DNA of 64,000 nucleotides from Candidatus Sumerlaeaceae bacterium (GTDB taxonomy: Bacteria; Sumerlaeota; Sumerlaeia; Sumerlaeales; Sumerlaeaceae). The translations under genes were made by a program, and so were the position numbers. Under the pieces are notes generated by a model. It searched no databases, was not told the DNA's origin, and saw nothing but the letters and a program-made list of their open reading frames with translations. The stretch covers positions 96,001 through 160,000 of the forward strand of contig JBMFRB010000004.1 of NCBI GenBank assembly GCA_049968255.1. The letters are read 5' to 3'. This document shows, in pieces, positions 50,975 through 61,888 of the stretch (position 1 is its first letter; the number at the start of each line of letters is the position of its first letter).

Positions 50975-52108
50975 ATGAACAAAGCCACGACAGTCTTTTC
51001 CGCCGTTTCCCTGTGTCTACTCGCGGCCGTGACCTGGGCAGTTCAACCGGCCGCTAATCGCGGAGGTGCCACCAGAATTCAAGTGACGAGCGGTTCCATG
51101 GCGTCGCGTCCAACACCCGTGAAAGTTACACCTGCACCCATGAGCAGTGCACAGCTCGAGATGCATGTGCTGCCAACTGGCTTACCGCCCAATCGTAATA
51201 ATTTGCTTTCTATCGTTTACAACGGATATCGGCGTTCGAGCCTTGAACCGTGCGGCTGCGTTTCGCACAAACTGGGCGGAATTGACCGGGAGGCAACAAT
51301 CATTGAGGCCATCACCTCCGCTGGTCTTCCCATGATCAAGCTCGACGCTGGTGGCTACGTACGCGACCTCGCAGCTCAATCCCCCACATTCCGCACAGCG
51401 ACAAAGTACCTTTTGGGCGCGCTTGCCGCACTCGACTACGACGTCTTTAATGTGGGAGCCACCGATATCGAGATCGGACGGCAATTTCTCGAAAACAGTC
51501 TCGGGGCCAAAAAGGATCGCCTGATTTCCGCAAACATTGTGGACTTGGCCACGAGTTCCCCCCTCTTTGCGCCTTACCGAATTCTCGACGTCAAACTCCG
51601 CAACGGTGAAACGGTCAAAATTGGCGTCACAGGGATCACCCGTCCTCGCATTACTATCGCCACCTTTGAGCAGGCACCCAAGGGTTATGTGGTGACCGAT
51701 CCTGTGGTGGCTTTGCGCAAAGTTCTTCCCGAACTCGACAAGAAATGCGACATTGTCATTCTTCTTGCCTACTTGAACCGCGAAGCCCTGACAAACGACG
51801 TGCTTTCGAAACTCGGTGAGGACGCAAAAGTGGACATCGCCATTGCCGGCGAATTCTCTGGGCTGCGCAACGCCATCGAAAACGCGAGCGGGATTCGGCT
51901 TGTTACCGGTGGTTTTGAGGGGCGCCAAATCGGTCACCTTGTGCTCGACATCCGAAATGGCAAAATAGCCCAAGATTTCCTCAAAATGGTGGAAATCGAA
52001 CAGACGATCTCCCCAAGGCCTGATATATCAAAGTTTATCACTAACTATTTACTCGAATTGGTAAAGAACGACGCGGGAACTTCAACTCCTGACCCGTTGC
52101 TGCGGTGA
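50975..52108 (+). CDS. Exported UshA/5'-nucleotidase N-terminal-domain-like protein with CxC motif (paralog 2)
   Basis: Signal peptide; 'EPCGCVSHKLGGIDREA', 'LDAGGY', 'FNVGATD', 'ISANIVD', 'IGVTGIT', 'TGGFEGRQIGH', 'EIEQTI', shared with 4290..5624. Confidence 0.75.
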   Translation: MNKATTVFSAVSLCLLAAVTWAVQPAANRGGATRIQVTSGSMASRPTPVKVTPAPMSSAQLEMHVLPTGLPPNRNNLLSIVYNGYRRSSLEPCGCVSHKLGGIDREATIIEAITSAGLPMIKLDAGGYVRDLAAQSPTFRTATKYLLGALAALDYDVFNVGATDIEIGRQFLENSLGAKKDRLISANIVDLATSSPLFAPYRILDVKLRNGETVKIGVTGITRPRITIATFEQAPKGYVVTDPVVALRKVLPELDKKCDIVILLAYLNREALTNDVLSKLGEDAKVDIAIAGEFSGLRNAIENASGIRLVTGGFEGRQIGHLVLDIRNGKIAQDFLKMVEIEQTISPRPDISKFITNYLLELVKNDAGTSTPDPLLR

Positions 52109-52332
52109 AAAAGAAGATCCCCCATCGGTAACTTAGAAAGCCAACGAAAGATCTCACTGCTGGTTTGTTAGAAAGAAAGTGGAGCACGAGATGGGTATCT
52201 GCGATGTGCACGTTGACACACAAAGAGAAGAAGTCGGAAAAACATTGTTTGATCTTTTCTTCTTGTCATAGACTTTTCTTTGGAACGCTCTACGACGATC
52301 TCGTTGCTGAAGCGTGAGAGGAACTTGCAATC

Positions 52333-53382
52333 ATGCCTGAATTGCGAAAAGACCCCGTAACCGGTCGGTGGGTGATCATCGCCACCGAGCGCGCGAAAAG
52401 ACCAAACCAATATAGGCGAGACGAAGAAGAACCTAAAGGTGGCTTTTGTCCGTTTTGCCCCGGCAATGAAGAGACGACCCCACCGGAGGTGCTCAGCTAT
52501 CGCCCCAAGAATAGCCTTCCAAACACCGAAGGATGGTGGGTACGCGTTGTGCCGAATAAATTTCCAGCGCTTCAGCCCGACGGCGAACTCAAGCGTTCAG
52601 CCCACGGCATCTACGATAGGATGACGGGCATCGGGCGCCATGAAGTGCTCATCGAATCGCCTAGTCACGAAAAGACCTACGCCGATCTCCCCGAAGAGCA
52701 AATCCAGGAAATACTTTGGGCCTTCCGCGATCGCGTTGTGGAGATGCGCAAAGACCGGCGGATGCGCTACATCCTCATTTTCAAAAACTGGAAGCGCGAA
52801 GCTGGCGCTTCTATCGAGCATCCCCATTCCCAACTCATCGCTCTGCCCATTGTGCCCAAGCGTGTGCAAGAAGAGCTTCACGGCGCATCGAAGTATTTCG
52901 ATTTTCGCGAACGCTGCGTCTATTGCGACATCATCCATCAAGAGCTGACCGACAATCTTCGCACGATCGTCGAAAACGATACCTTCGTCTCTTTCCTCCC
53001 CTTTGCTGGGCGTTTTCCCTTTGAAACGTGGATCGTGCCTCGCGTACACACAGCTTTTTTCTCGGACATTCAGAAAAACGAGATCATTGATTTGGCACGA
53101 ATTCTCAAGCAGACCCTGTCGCTGCTGAAGCGTGCGCTCGATGACCCGCCCTATAACTTCGTTATCCACAGCACCCCTTTCGAAACCGATGCCGGCACCG
53201 AATCGTATCACTGGCATATCGAGATCATGCCCAAACTCACCAAGGTTGCTGGCTTTGAATGGGGGAGCGGTTTTTACATCAATCCCACTCCGCCGGAGAC
53301 GGCGGCGGAATTTCTGCGTAAGCTAGCCGCAAAACCCGACGAGGCCACGGAAGGGGGGCAGGTTTTCGCAGCACTAGGCTAG
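52333..53382 (+). CDS. galT: Galactose-1-phosphate uridylyltransferase (GalT class I family)
   Basis: 'ELRKDPVTGRWVIIATERAKRP', CPFC, 'NKFPAL', catalytic 'HPHSQ', 'AGFEWGSG'. Confidence 0.92.
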   Translation: MPELRKDPVTGRWVIIATERAKRPNQYRRDEEEPKGGFCPFCPGNEETTPPEVLSYRPKNSLPNTEGWWVRVVPNKFPALQPDGELKRSAHGIYDRMTGIGRHEVLIESPSHEKTYADLPEEQIQEILWAFRDRVVEMRKDRRMRYILIFKNWKREAGASIEHPHSQLIALPIVPKRVQEELHGASKYFDFRERCVYCDIIHQELTDNLRTIVENDTFVSFLPFAGRFPFETWIVPRVHTAFFSDIQKNEIIDLARILKQTLSLLKRALDDPPYNFVIHSTPFETDAGTESYHWHIEIMPKLTKVAGFEWGSGFYINPTPPETAAEFLRKLAAKPDEATEGGQVFAALG

Positions 53383-54141
53383 CTCGCAAAAAAGATCCGC
53401 GAAATTTTCGTGCAGGTAGCGATAACCCTGGGCGACAAGCTCGAGGGCTTTGTCGCCTGGATTGTCCACCTCTACGAAAAAATAACGCACTCCGCGCCGA
53501 AGAGCCGAACCAAGAATTGCACGCCAGTCAAGAACACCCGCCCCCACAATCGTGTCGCTGCCGGCCGGGCTATCAGCCAGGTCTTTGACGTGCAGAGTCG
53601 TGCATCTTGCTGGCGTTGAACTTAGAAACACCGCCGGATCTAAGCCTGCAAACTGTGCCCAATAGACGTCGAGTTGCTGCTCATAGGGCTCCGTGCTTTC
53701 AAAAAGAATGTCTACCGGACGAGTGCCCTCTTCCAAAGGCTCGAACTCTCGCGCATGATTATGATAGGCTAGCTGGAGCCCAAAATGGCGGAACTGATCT
53801 GCATAGAATCTCAGCTCTTCACGAAAGAAACGCCAACTGCCCTCTGTGTGGCCTACATTGCTCGGGGGCGCGGGAATGGTCACGTAGCGACACCCCAGCA
53901 CTTGTAACTCGCGCGCCACTTGAGAAAATTCACGACGGATTCTCTCCATCGCGACGTGGGCCGACACCGCCTGTACGGCCACGCCATCAAGCACCTGGCG
54001 CAGCTGTTGAGCGTCCAGTCCGCCGAGTCCAGCGAGCTCGACATATCTGTAGCCAATCGCGGCGACAGCTTCGATCGCCGTTGCTAGGTTACCGCCACAA
54101 GCATCTCGTACAGTGTAGAGTTGCAAGCCAACATTCGCCAT
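53374..54141 (-). CDS. Sugar phosphate isomerase/epimerase (xylose-isomerase-like TIM barrel)
   Basis: 'GLQLYTVRD', 'YHNH..EF', 'LDVYW', 'LHVKD', 'G.GVLDW'. Confidence 0.9.
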   Translation of the reverse strand: MANVGLQLYTVRDACGGNLATAIEAVAAIGYRYVELAGLGGLDAQQLRQVLDGVAVQAVSAHVAMERIRREFSQVARELQVLGCRYVTIPAPPSNVGHTEGSWRFFREELRFYADQFRHFGLQLAYHNHAREFEPLEEGTRPVDILFESTEPYEQQLDVYWAQFAGLDPAVFLSSTPARCTTLHVKDLADSPAGSDTIVGAGVLDWRAILGSALRRGVRYFFVEVDNPGDKALELVAQGYRYLHENFADLFCELA

Positions 54142-54394
54142 CGCTAGAGTGCTCCTCGTCCGACCTATCACAAGAAACTTCAATCCCTGCGCTAAAATAG
54201 TTTCTATCGCGGCGCGGATTTTGCCGGTCTCACTTCCCAGCTAAATTCCCCATGCGGGGGCGGCATTGAGCCAATGTAAGTTTTTCTGAATTGGACAAGC
54301 TCATCATGGTTCCTCCTCGTCCCGGTGACGACGACTCATCTCACGGGCCCATATGGATTTTGTGTCCGATTCCAGCTCACGGGCTAATCTTTTG

Positions 54395-55225
54395 TCAGCC
54401 GCTGGTCCCACCATCGCGCGGATTTTGCTCACTCGGTGTGCTGCCATTTGCGATAATGTCCAGTGCATAGTTCGACAGTGCATCTGCGAGCTTGTTATTT
54501 TCCCGTGAAATGTAATCAATAGAAAATTTACTAAATTGTTTAGCAAGTTGATGAGCGAGCTTTGCTCTCTCGTAGAGATCCGCGTTCTTAATTCTGTACT
54601 CCCCCTTCATCTGTTTGACGAGCAGCTCGCTGTCGCTAAGCACAAACAACTGCTCGATTCCTAACTGAATCGCTGTCTTGAGCGCTTCTATGAGCGCACA
54701 GTACTCAGCAACATTGTTCGTAGCCGTGCCAATTGGTTTTGCGTCTTGTGCGATTTTCCGCCCATCCATGTCGAAGATGGCAAAACCGATTCCTGCCGGT
54801 CCAGGGTTGCCACGCGAGGCGCCGTCAATATAGACCTTAGCTGTTTTCACTTTTCCACGGACTGACTCGTCCACGAACGGCGCTAACTCCGCTTTTATTT
54901 TCTTGTCTCGCGCCGCGGAGGAACTCCTGGGAGATTTTTGAGTTTTGGCGCCACTCCCAACAATATCCACATCTGTCGATGGTCCCTCCAGTTCCCATGC
55001 CGGCATTAGTCCTTCTATCTTTGCCAAATGACGCAGAAGTTCGGCGCAGTGATGAAACGCTGTGCGCAGCGGCGTGTCGGCAATGTCAGGATACCGCTCG
55101 AAGACCTCAGAAATATCCCCGTGGCGCGTAGCCAGAATATCGAGCACCCGATAGAACGGAACCTCGCTTTTCTGGATACTCAGGGCTTTCTGGAGAAGCT
55201 TCTTTGTTTCACGATCAAGTGGCAT
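54395..55225 (-). CDS. rnhA: Ribonuclease HI (archaeal/actinobacterial type) with N-terminal extension
   Basis: 'YIDGASRGNPGPAG', 'TNNVAEY', 'SDSELLVKQM', 'RENNKLADALSN'. Confidence 0.88.
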   Translation of the reverse strand: MPLDRETKKLLQKALSIQKSEVPFYRVLDILATRHGDISEVFERYPDIADTPLRTAFHHCAELLRHLAKIEGLMPAWELEGPSTDVDIVGSGAKTQKSPRSSSAARDKKIKAELAPFVDESVRGKVKTAKVYIDGASRGNPGPAGIGFAIFDMDGRKIAQDAKPIGTATNNVAEYCALIEALKTAIQLGIEQLFVLSDSELLVKQMKGEYRIKNADLYERAKLAHQLAKQFSKFSIDYISRENNKLADALSNYALDIIANGSTPSEQNPRDGGTSG

Positions 55226-55291
55226 AGCGTCTGACTCCGGGAATCTGGCCTACATCAATCTGTTTGCTGCCGATAGTTAAATTGCGCCCAC

Positions 55292-58201
55292 GTGTACCCT
55301 AACATGCAAATGGCTTCACGAAACGCTATCGTTGTCCGCGGCGCAGCAGAACACAATCTCAAATCCATTGATGTGTCGTTTCCGCGTAATGCGCTCAGTG
55401 TGATCACGGGTCTGAGCGGGAGTGGCAAGAGTTCCCTCGCATTCGATACAATCTACGCAGAGGGACAGCGGCGCTACGTCGAAAGCCTTTCGGCCTATGC
55501 TCGTCAGTTTCTCGAGCAAATGCACAAGCCCAACGTTGAGCTTGTCGAAGGGCTTTCGCCAGCAATCTCCATCGAGCAGAAAACTGTTAGCAAAAACCCG
55601 CGTTCGACGGTCGGCACCGTTACGGAAATCTATGACTACCTGCGTATTCTGTTTGCCAACATAGGCCGTCCCCATTGTCCAAAATGTGGAAAACCCATTG
55701 CGCAGCTCGGTGTCGAACAAATTGCCGATCAGATACTCGCCTGGCCGGCAGGAACGCGTTTTCTGGTACTAGCGCCCGTTGTTCGAGAGCGCAAAGGTGA
55801 ACACCGTGACCTGCTCGAGCAAGCACGTCGCGAGGGATTTATCCGCGCCGTCATTGACGGTGAAGTGATTGAGCTTGAGGAGGTCCCAAAGCTCAAGAAG
55901 TCGCACAAGCACAACATCTCGCTTGTTGTGGACCGATTGGTTGTTGGACCAGAAAACAGAGCGCGTTTGGTGGAAGCCGTTCAGCTAGCTCTCCGAAAAG
56001 CCGACAGACTCGTGGTGATTCGCGATATCTCAGCCAACCGTGAGTTCCTCTTCAGCGAGCGTTTTTCGTGTCCGGACTGTGGCATTGCCATCGAGGAGCT
56101 TACCCACCGACTCTTTTCGTTTAATTCGCCGGTTGGAGCGTGTCCAAAATGCGAGGGCCTTGGTGTGCTGCAGGAGATTGACCCGGAACTCGTCATTGTG
56201 GATCCATCACTCAGTATCAACGAAGGCGCACTGGGGGTACTTCAAGAGATAGAAAGAGGCGCCGCGCAAAGCTCGTCCTCCCCATGGCAGCGCCAGCTTT
56301 TGGAAGCTCTGTCATCACACTACGGGTTTCTTCTCGATGTTCCCTTTTGCAAACTGCCCAAGAAAGCCCAGCGAATTCTTCTTTACGGCAACGATGGGGA
56401 GCTATTCCCTGCAAAGCTTCGGGGACGCAGCGGTATAAAGGAGACTCAACTGACGTGGGAAGGCATCATCCCGCGCCTGAAGCGAATGCTCGCGGAGAAT
56501 GCTGAATCAGTGGCCGATGATTTTGTTCGCGAGGTCCCCTGTCCGGAGTGCCGAGGCCAGCGGCTCAAACCTGCTGCTCTTGCTGTTCGGTTGGGCCGCT
56601 ACAATATTAGCGAGCTTTGCGCTTTGCCGGCAGCACAAATTCTCAAATTCCTCCGTGGCTTGGAGCTCACCGCGCGCGAAACGCAAATTGCCGAAACCGT
56701 TCTTAAAGAAATCACAGACCGCCTAAATTTCCTTGTCGAGGTCGGGCTTGGCTATCTTACGCTCGATCGCGGGGCTGCGACGCTAGCTGGCGGCGAGGCC
56801 CAGCGCATTCGCCTTGCAACGCAAATCGGAAGCCAGCTGGTTGGTGTCCTTTATGTCCTTGACGAGCCGTCGATTGGTCTGCACCAGCGCGACAACGATC
56901 GTCTTATCGCCATGCTCAAGCGTCTGCGTGACCTCGGCAACACAGTACTTGTCGTCGAGCACGATGAACACATGATTCGTTCGGCGGACTATGTCGTGGA
57001 CCTCGGCCCCGGCGCAGGCGTGGCAGGCGGACACGTGGTTGCCGCCGGCACGCCATCCGAAATCGAGGGGACCTCGTCATCACTGACTGGCAAGTATCTG
57101 CGCGGCGAGCTAGAGATCGAAGTTCCGACGCGGCGCCGACGCCCCGATCCCAACCGCTGCCTCATCGTCCGCGGTGCCAGCGAGCATAATCTCAAGAACA
57201 TTGACGTAGAATTCCCGCTCGGTCTCTTCATTTGTGTGACCGGTGTCAGCGGGAGCGGCAAATCTACTCTGGTAACAGACATTCTCTACCGGGCCCTGGC
57301 CCGCCATCTTTATCGTGCCAAAACCAGACCGGGGGCGCATCGAGCTATCGAGGGGCTTGAACATGTCGATAAAGTTGTGGACGTGGACCAAACACCGATC
57401 GGGCGCACACCGCGATCGAACCCCGGCACCTACACAGGCGTGCTCAGTCCTATCCGCGAGCTCTTTGCTCAGCTTCCCGAGGCCCGTGCACGGGGATACA
57501 CGCCGGGCCGTTTTAGCTTCAATGTCAAAGGCGGACGCTGCGAAGCGTGTCAGGGTGATGGAGTGGTCAAAGTCGAAATGCACTTCCTGCCGGATGTTTA
57601 CGTCGAATGTGAGGTTTGCAAAGGCCGTCGCTTCAATCAGGAAACGCTCGAAATTACCTACCGCGGCCGCTCAATCGCCGACGTGCTCGAGATGACGGTG
57701 GACGAAGCTCTGGAGCTTTTTTCTTCAGTACCAGGAGTAGCCAATAAATTAGCACTTTTACAAAAAGTCGGTTTGGGCTACATCGCTCTCGGCCAGAGTG
57801 CCACAACACTCAGCGGCGGAGAAGCCCAGCGCATCAAGCTCGCAAAAGAGCTATCGCGCCGTGCCACCGGGCGCACACTTTATATCCTCGACGAGCCCAC
57901 GACCGGCCTCCATTTTGAGGATATCCGAAAATTGCTCATGGTTTTGCAAGCGCTCGTGGATCAGGGAAATACGGTTATCGTTATCGAGCATAACCTTGAC
58001 GTCATCAAATCTGCCGACTGGATCATTGATCTAGGGCCCGACGGCGGCGACGGCGGCGGTTACGTCGTTGCTCTCGGCTCTCCTGAGGAAGTTGCGCGAG
58101 ACCCTGCCTCGATTACGGGCCAATACCTGCGCCCTATGCTCGAAAGGGAAAAACCGAAGACACCGCACCACAAAATGAAGGCTCCTTCGCACCGGTCTTG
58201 A
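55292..58201 (+). CDS. uvrA: Excinuclease ABC subunit A
   Basis: Two Walker A motifs ([18 protein letters not shown]), Zn fingers, '[13 protein letters not shown]', '[12 protein letters not shown]'. Confidence 0.98.
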   Translation: MYPNMQMASRNAIVVRGAAEHNLKSIDVSFPRNALSVITGLSGSGKSSLAFDTIYAEGQRRYVESLSAYARQFLEQMHKPNVELVEGLSPAISIEQKTVSKNPRSTVGTVTEIYDYLRILFANIGRPHCPKCGKPIAQLGVEQIADQILAWPAGTRFLVLAPVVRERKGEHRDLLEQARREGFIRAVIDGEVIELEEVPKLKKSHKHNISLVVDRLVVGPENRARLVEAVQLALRKADRLVVIRDISANREFLFSERFSCPDCGIAIEELTHRLFSFNSPVGACPKCEGLGVLQEIDPELVIVDPSLSINEGALGVLQEIERGAAQSSSSPWQRQLLEALSSHYGFLLDVPFCKLPKKAQRILLYGNDGELFPAKLRGRSGIKETQLTWEGIIPRLKRMLAENAESVADDFVREVPCPECRGQRLKPAALAVRLGRYNISELCALPAAQILKFLRGLELTARETQIAETVLKEITDRLNFLVEVGLGYLTLDRGAATLAGGEAQRIRLATQIGSQLVGVLYVLDEPSIGLHQRDNDRLIAMLKRLRDLGNTVLVVEHDEHMIRSADYVVDLGPGAGVAGGHVVAAGTPSEIEGTSSSLTGKYLRGELEIEVPTRRRRPDPNRCLIVRGASEHNLKNIDVEFPLGLFICVTGVSGSGKSTLVTDILYRALARHLYRAKTRPGAHRAIEGLEHVDKVVDVDQTPIGRTPRSNPGTYTGVLSPIRELFAQLPEARARGYTPGRFSFNVKGGRCEACQGDGVVKVEMHFLPDVYVECEVCKGRRFNQETLEITYRGRSIADVLEMTVDEALELFSSVPGVANKLALLQKVGLGYIALGQSATTLSGGEAQRIKLAKELSRRATGRTLYILDEPTTGLHFEDIRKLLMVLQALVDQGNTVIVIEHNLDVIKSADWIIDLGPDGGDGGGYVVALGSPEEVARDPASITGQYLRPMLEREKPKTPHHKMKAPSHRS

Positions 58202-58233
58202 CGCCGCGGTAACTCACGTGCTGACATGGATCG

Positions 58234-59073
58234 ATGTTCGGAAGTCTTTCAGAGGCGACAAGTCGTTTTTTCCAACTATTTCTCTTTGCAAGCGTGGCTG
58301 CAGCGTTTGTCGAGACAATTTTTTCTTTTATCGTTTGTTCTCGCGCTCACCCTTACTGGGGGCCTGTGTTTCTTCGAGCAGGAATCCTCAGCATTCTGCT
58401 CTTTCTCCTCATCGCCGGCTCAGGAGTTTTAGCGAGTGCGCACCGGGTCCTAGGAGAATCCTTCGTCCTTACCATCACCTTCGATTTTGTTTTCATCTTC
58501 GCTACACTTGTCCCAGCAGCGTTTCTTTACGCGGCAGCACGATTTCCCAAGGACATGCTGACCCGTGTGGTGGCTACGGGGATTCACGTGCGGCTTTGGC
58601 CTGGGATAGCCGTACTTTTTGAGCTGGGCAGTCTATTTGTGCTTTGCGCGGCTGCCTCTATCGTCCCTCTCTTCATCGTAGACTGGCACTATGGCCCGCA
58701 AGGGCAAATACTCCAGGATCTACTGGAGAAACATCCGCTGACTGTTCTTTGGCTAGTCCTGAGGGCGCCATTTCCTGAAGAACTTGTGTTTCGCGGCTAC
58801 CTTCTGCCGCGTCTCTTTCTTCTCTTGCGTCGGGTGCTGGCGGAAACCATTGCCTTTCCCATCGCTGCTGTTGTGACGGCCGCAATATTCGCGGCCGGCC
58901 ATGTTCAGCTCATGGTTCCCGAGTGGCTGAAAATTGCGCAGGCATTTCTGTTAGGGCTAGTGCTTGCCTACGTCGCGCGCCGCGCGGGCCTACTTGCCGC
59001 TGTCGGGTTTCATTTCGTTTTCAACGCGTTCGCGTTCCTCCTTGCTTTGCTTCCAATAAACCCACGTCCGTAA
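58234..59073 (+). CDS. CPBP (Abi/type II CAAX) intramembrane glutamic protease
   Basis: EExxxR 'PEELVFRGYLL', FxxxH 'FAAGH', HxxxN 'HFVFN'; multiple TM segments. Confidence 0.88.
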   Translation: MFGSLSEATSRFFQLFLFASVAAAFVETIFSFIVCSRAHPYWGPVFLRAGILSILLFLLIAGSGVLASAHRVLGESFVLTITFDFVFIFATLVPAAFLYAAARFPKDMLTRVVATGIHVRLWPGIAVLFELGSLFVLCAAASIVPLFIVDWHYGPQGQILQDLLEKHPLTVLWLVLRAPFPEELVFRGYLLPRLFLLLRRVLAETIAFPIAAVVTAAIFAAGHVQLMVPEWLKIAQAFLLGLVLAYVARRAGLLAAVGFHFVFNAFAFLLALLPINPRP

Positions 59074-59085
59074 AGGTGATATCGT

Positions 59086-60015
59086 GTGATGCTGGTCGAA
59101 ATTGAAAATCTTACCACAGGTTACGCGCGCGAACCTGTTTTTGAAAATGTCTCATTGACGTTTGCAGGAGGGGTAGCTGCGCTGGTTGGCCCCAACGGGG
59201 CCGGCAAAACAACACTGCTGCGCACCCTTCTAGGTTTTCTGCCTTTCCGCTATGGCCGTGTCAAAGTTTGTGGTCACGTCCTGCCGGCGGAAGCTCTTCA
59301 GATTCGCGCGAAAATTGGCTACATGCCCGAGGGCGATGCCATAATCGGCGGACTTTCAGCTGTTGAATTTGTGACGTTCTTGGCTGAGCTTTCTGGTTTG
59401 CCCAGACGAATTGCAGTCGAACGAGCCCACAGCGCCCTCAATTACGTTGGCCTCGGCGAAGCGCGATATCGTGCGCTTGAAACCTTCTCGGCCGGAATGA
59501 AGCAACGCGTGAAACTTGCCCAGGCGATTGTACACGACCCCCAGTTGCTACTGTTGGATGAGCCAACGGATGGGATGGATCCCTCCGGACGCAAGGAGAT
59601 CCTCGAACTCTTGCGCGAGCTCGCCTCGCAAAAAGGCATGAGCATGATCATCTGTAGCCATTTGCTTGATGATGTTGAACAGATCGCTCGCGACATCATC
59701 CTCATCAATCAGGGGAAAATCATTTCGCGCAAGCTTGTCTGGTCAGGTGCAGCATCTGAAGAGATGTTCGCTCTGCGGGTTCACGGAGATCCGCATATTT
59801 TCGCTCGACGACTCGCGGAGAAAGGAGTGAAAGTGTTAGGCCCTCCGCAAGGAGCTGAGCTACGCGTCGCGCTTCCTTCGCGCGAGAACACTACGAACCT
59901 TTTTCTCGCTGCTCAGGAGAGCGATTGTGTCCTGTTGCGCGTCGAGCCACTCGAGAAGAAAGCTGCGGATGTGGTCATGGAGCTCTTTGAGGAGGGGACA
60001 CATGCCAATCTATGA
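59086..60015 (+). CDS. ABC-2 type transporter ATP-binding protein
   Basis: GPNGAGKTT, FSAGMKQR, LLLDEPT. Confidence 0.92.
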   Translation: MMLVEIENLTTGYAREPVFENVSLTFAGGVAALVGPNGAGKTTLLRTLLGFLPFRYGRVKVCGHVLPAEALQIRAKIGYMPEGDAIIGGLSAVEFVTFLAELSGLPRRIAVERAHSALNYVGLGEARYRALETFSAGMKQRVKLAQAIVHDPQLLLLDEPTDGMDPSGRKEILELLRELASQKGMSMIICSHLLDDVEQIARDIILINQGKIISRKLVWSGAASEEMFALRVHGDPHIFARRLAEKGVKVLGPPQGAELRVALPSRENTTNLFLAAQESDCVLLRVEPLEKKAADVVMELFEEGTHANL

Positions 60016-60925
60016 TCTCTCTTATCAGCACTATGAAGGAGCACGGCAACTCAGACAGCAGTGGTGGACGATTGCGCGAAACACCGCTCAGGCTACGCTC
60101 AAGAGACCAGCAAGCGGGCGGTATCTATTTTTTATTTTTATAACATTTCTCGGATTTGCATTTATTGTCTATCTCTGGCGTTCGGCAACACAGACCATTG
60201 ATGCGATCCTCGAAGTCAACCCGACGACACAGGCGCTCGAGATCCGCCTTGGTGCACACAAGTTCCCCATCGCAATCATTTTCTTTCGCTACCTGAGCAT
60301 ACTGTTCTGGCCCCTCCTCTTGTACGTCATCACCAGTGTTTCTGTCGCGATTTCTGCAGAAGTACAGGGTGGAGGACTTACAGTCATCATGGCTCGACCG
60401 CTACGGCGTCGTCATTATGTTATTGGCAAAATTCTGGGGCTCGCCGGCCTTCCCACTCTCGCGGCAGGCCTCGTCATGTGCGGAGCTTTCATGCTCTTAT
60501 GGGGCTACTATTTCACTTTCCATCAGGCGCTGCGCCACTCACCCGTGCTTATTTGTGCTCTGTTCCACCTTGGATTAGCTGGTATACTTTGTGGTCTCAG
60601 CGCCTTAGCGCTTCATCCTCACACTTCAACGTTCCGCAGAGCTACCGGGGGATTTTTCTTTTACTGGTTTGGAACCTGGCTTTTCTCAACCGTCTCCACA
60701 ACGCCTAGCCTGAGGACTGTCGTATCTCTTCTGTCACCAACTCATATCCTCGACGGGATCTATCTTTGGCTTTCCGGCGTAAGAGCTCCCCAAGGTGTGG
60801 ACAGTCGCTTTCTCCGCGATCTCATGAACGGAGAAGTCAGGCCGTCACTTCTGGTCTTGGCCTTGCTGGCGCACTTCATTGTGCTAGGTTGGCGAACACG
60901 AAGCTTCTTTGTGGGAGTGCGGTAA
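60002..60925 (+). CDS. ABC-2 type transporter permease
   Basis: 'MPIYDLSYQHYEG', 'ARPLRRRHYVIGK'; about 6 TM segments. Confidence 0.8.
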   Translation: MPIYDLSYQHYEGARQLRQQWWTIARNTAQATLKRPASGRYLFFIFITFLGFAFIVYLWRSATQTIDAILEVNPTTQALEIRLGAHKFPIAIIFFRYLSILFWPLLLYVITSVSVAISAEVQGGGLTVIMARPLRRRHYVIGKILGLAGLPTLAAGLVMCGAFMLLWGYYFTFHQALRHSPVLICALFHLGLAGILCGLSALALHPHTSTFRRATGGFFFYWFGTWLFSTVSTTPSLRTVVSLLSPTHILDGIYLWLSGVRAPQGVDSRFLRDLMNGEVRPSLLVLALLAHFIVLGWRTRSFFVGVR

Positions 60926-60927
60926 GC

Positions 60928-61881
60928 ATGGACGACAAACGCATCCCTGAACGAAACTCACCAGTGATCGTTTGCGAAAAGCTCAGCAAGTGGTTCGGCC
61001 AGGTTATCGCGCTCAATAACGTCTCTCTGGAAATCTGCAGCGGAATCGTGGGACTTTTGGGCCCAAATGGCGCTGGCAAAACAACCTTGCTGGAATTGAT
61101 CATCGGCCGCTTGCGTCCAAGCAGGGGGCGAGTGCGCGTTCTCGGCCACGATCCTTGGCGCGAGCCTCGGCTTTTCTACCGCCTCGGCTACTGCCCCGAC
61201 ACTGACGGCTTGTACGAGAAGATGTCTGCGCTGGAGTTCGTTTCCCTCATGGGACGGCTCACTGGTATCGAGGCCAACGAGAGTCAGAAGCGTGCGCGGG
61301 AGCGCCTTGAACTCGTGGGACTGTCGCCTGATCTTCATCAGCGAATCGGAGAATATTCCAAAGGGATGAGGCAACGCGTAAAGCTAGCTGCGGCCTTGGT
61401 CCATGATCCGGTTTTGCTTGTCCTCGACGAACCACTCAACGGGCTCGATCCCATTGCGCGGCTCAAGATGATCCGACTACTGCGGAAACTTGCCGACGAC
61501 GGGCTGACAATCCTTCTTTCGAGCCACATTCTTGCCGAAGTCGAGGCGCTGACGTCGCGTATTGTGCTCATTCACCACGGAAACATCCTCGCCGAAGGCC
61601 AGATCGAGGAGATTCGTTCCCTTATCGCCAATCAGCCTTACACATATCGCATCGAAACGACAAATCCGCGTGCGTTGGCGCGAGCACTTGTCACCCAGCC
61701 AAGCATCGAATCAGTTGAGTTTGTTTCCAGCAATTCTGCAATCAATGTTCGAACGACGGAGGCGCTGGCGCTCTGCAAAGCCATCCAAGAGATCGTCTGC
61801 GCCAAGCAATGCGAGGTGAAATCCGTTGTACCGGTCGATGATTCTCTAGAAGCAGTATTCCAATATCTCGTGAAGCAGTGA
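60928..61881 (+). CDS. ABC-2 type transporter ATP-binding protein
   Basis: GPNGAGKTT, YSKGMRQR, LVLDEP, SSHIL. Confidence 0.92.
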   Translation: MDDKRIPERNSPVIVCEKLSKWFGQVIALNNVSLEICSGIVGLLGPNGAGKTTLLELIIGRLRPSRGRVRVLGHDPWREPRLFYRLGYCPDTDGLYEKMSALEFVSLMGRLTGIEANESQKRARERLELVGLSPDLHQRIGEYSKGMRQRVKLAAALVHDPVLLVLDEPLNGLDPIARLKMIRLLRKLADDGLTILLSSHILAEVEALTSRIVLIHHGNILAEGQIEEIRSLIANQPYTYRIETTNPRALARALVTQPSIESVEFVSSNSAINVRTTEALALCKAIQEIVCAKQCEVKSVVPVDDSLEAVFQYLVKQ

Positions 61882-61888
61882 GAGCAAA

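Noticed and set aside
55226-55291. LexA/SOS box upstream of uvrA
   Set aside because: No recognisable palindrome of the CTGT-N8-ACAG or GAAC-N4-GTTC types.
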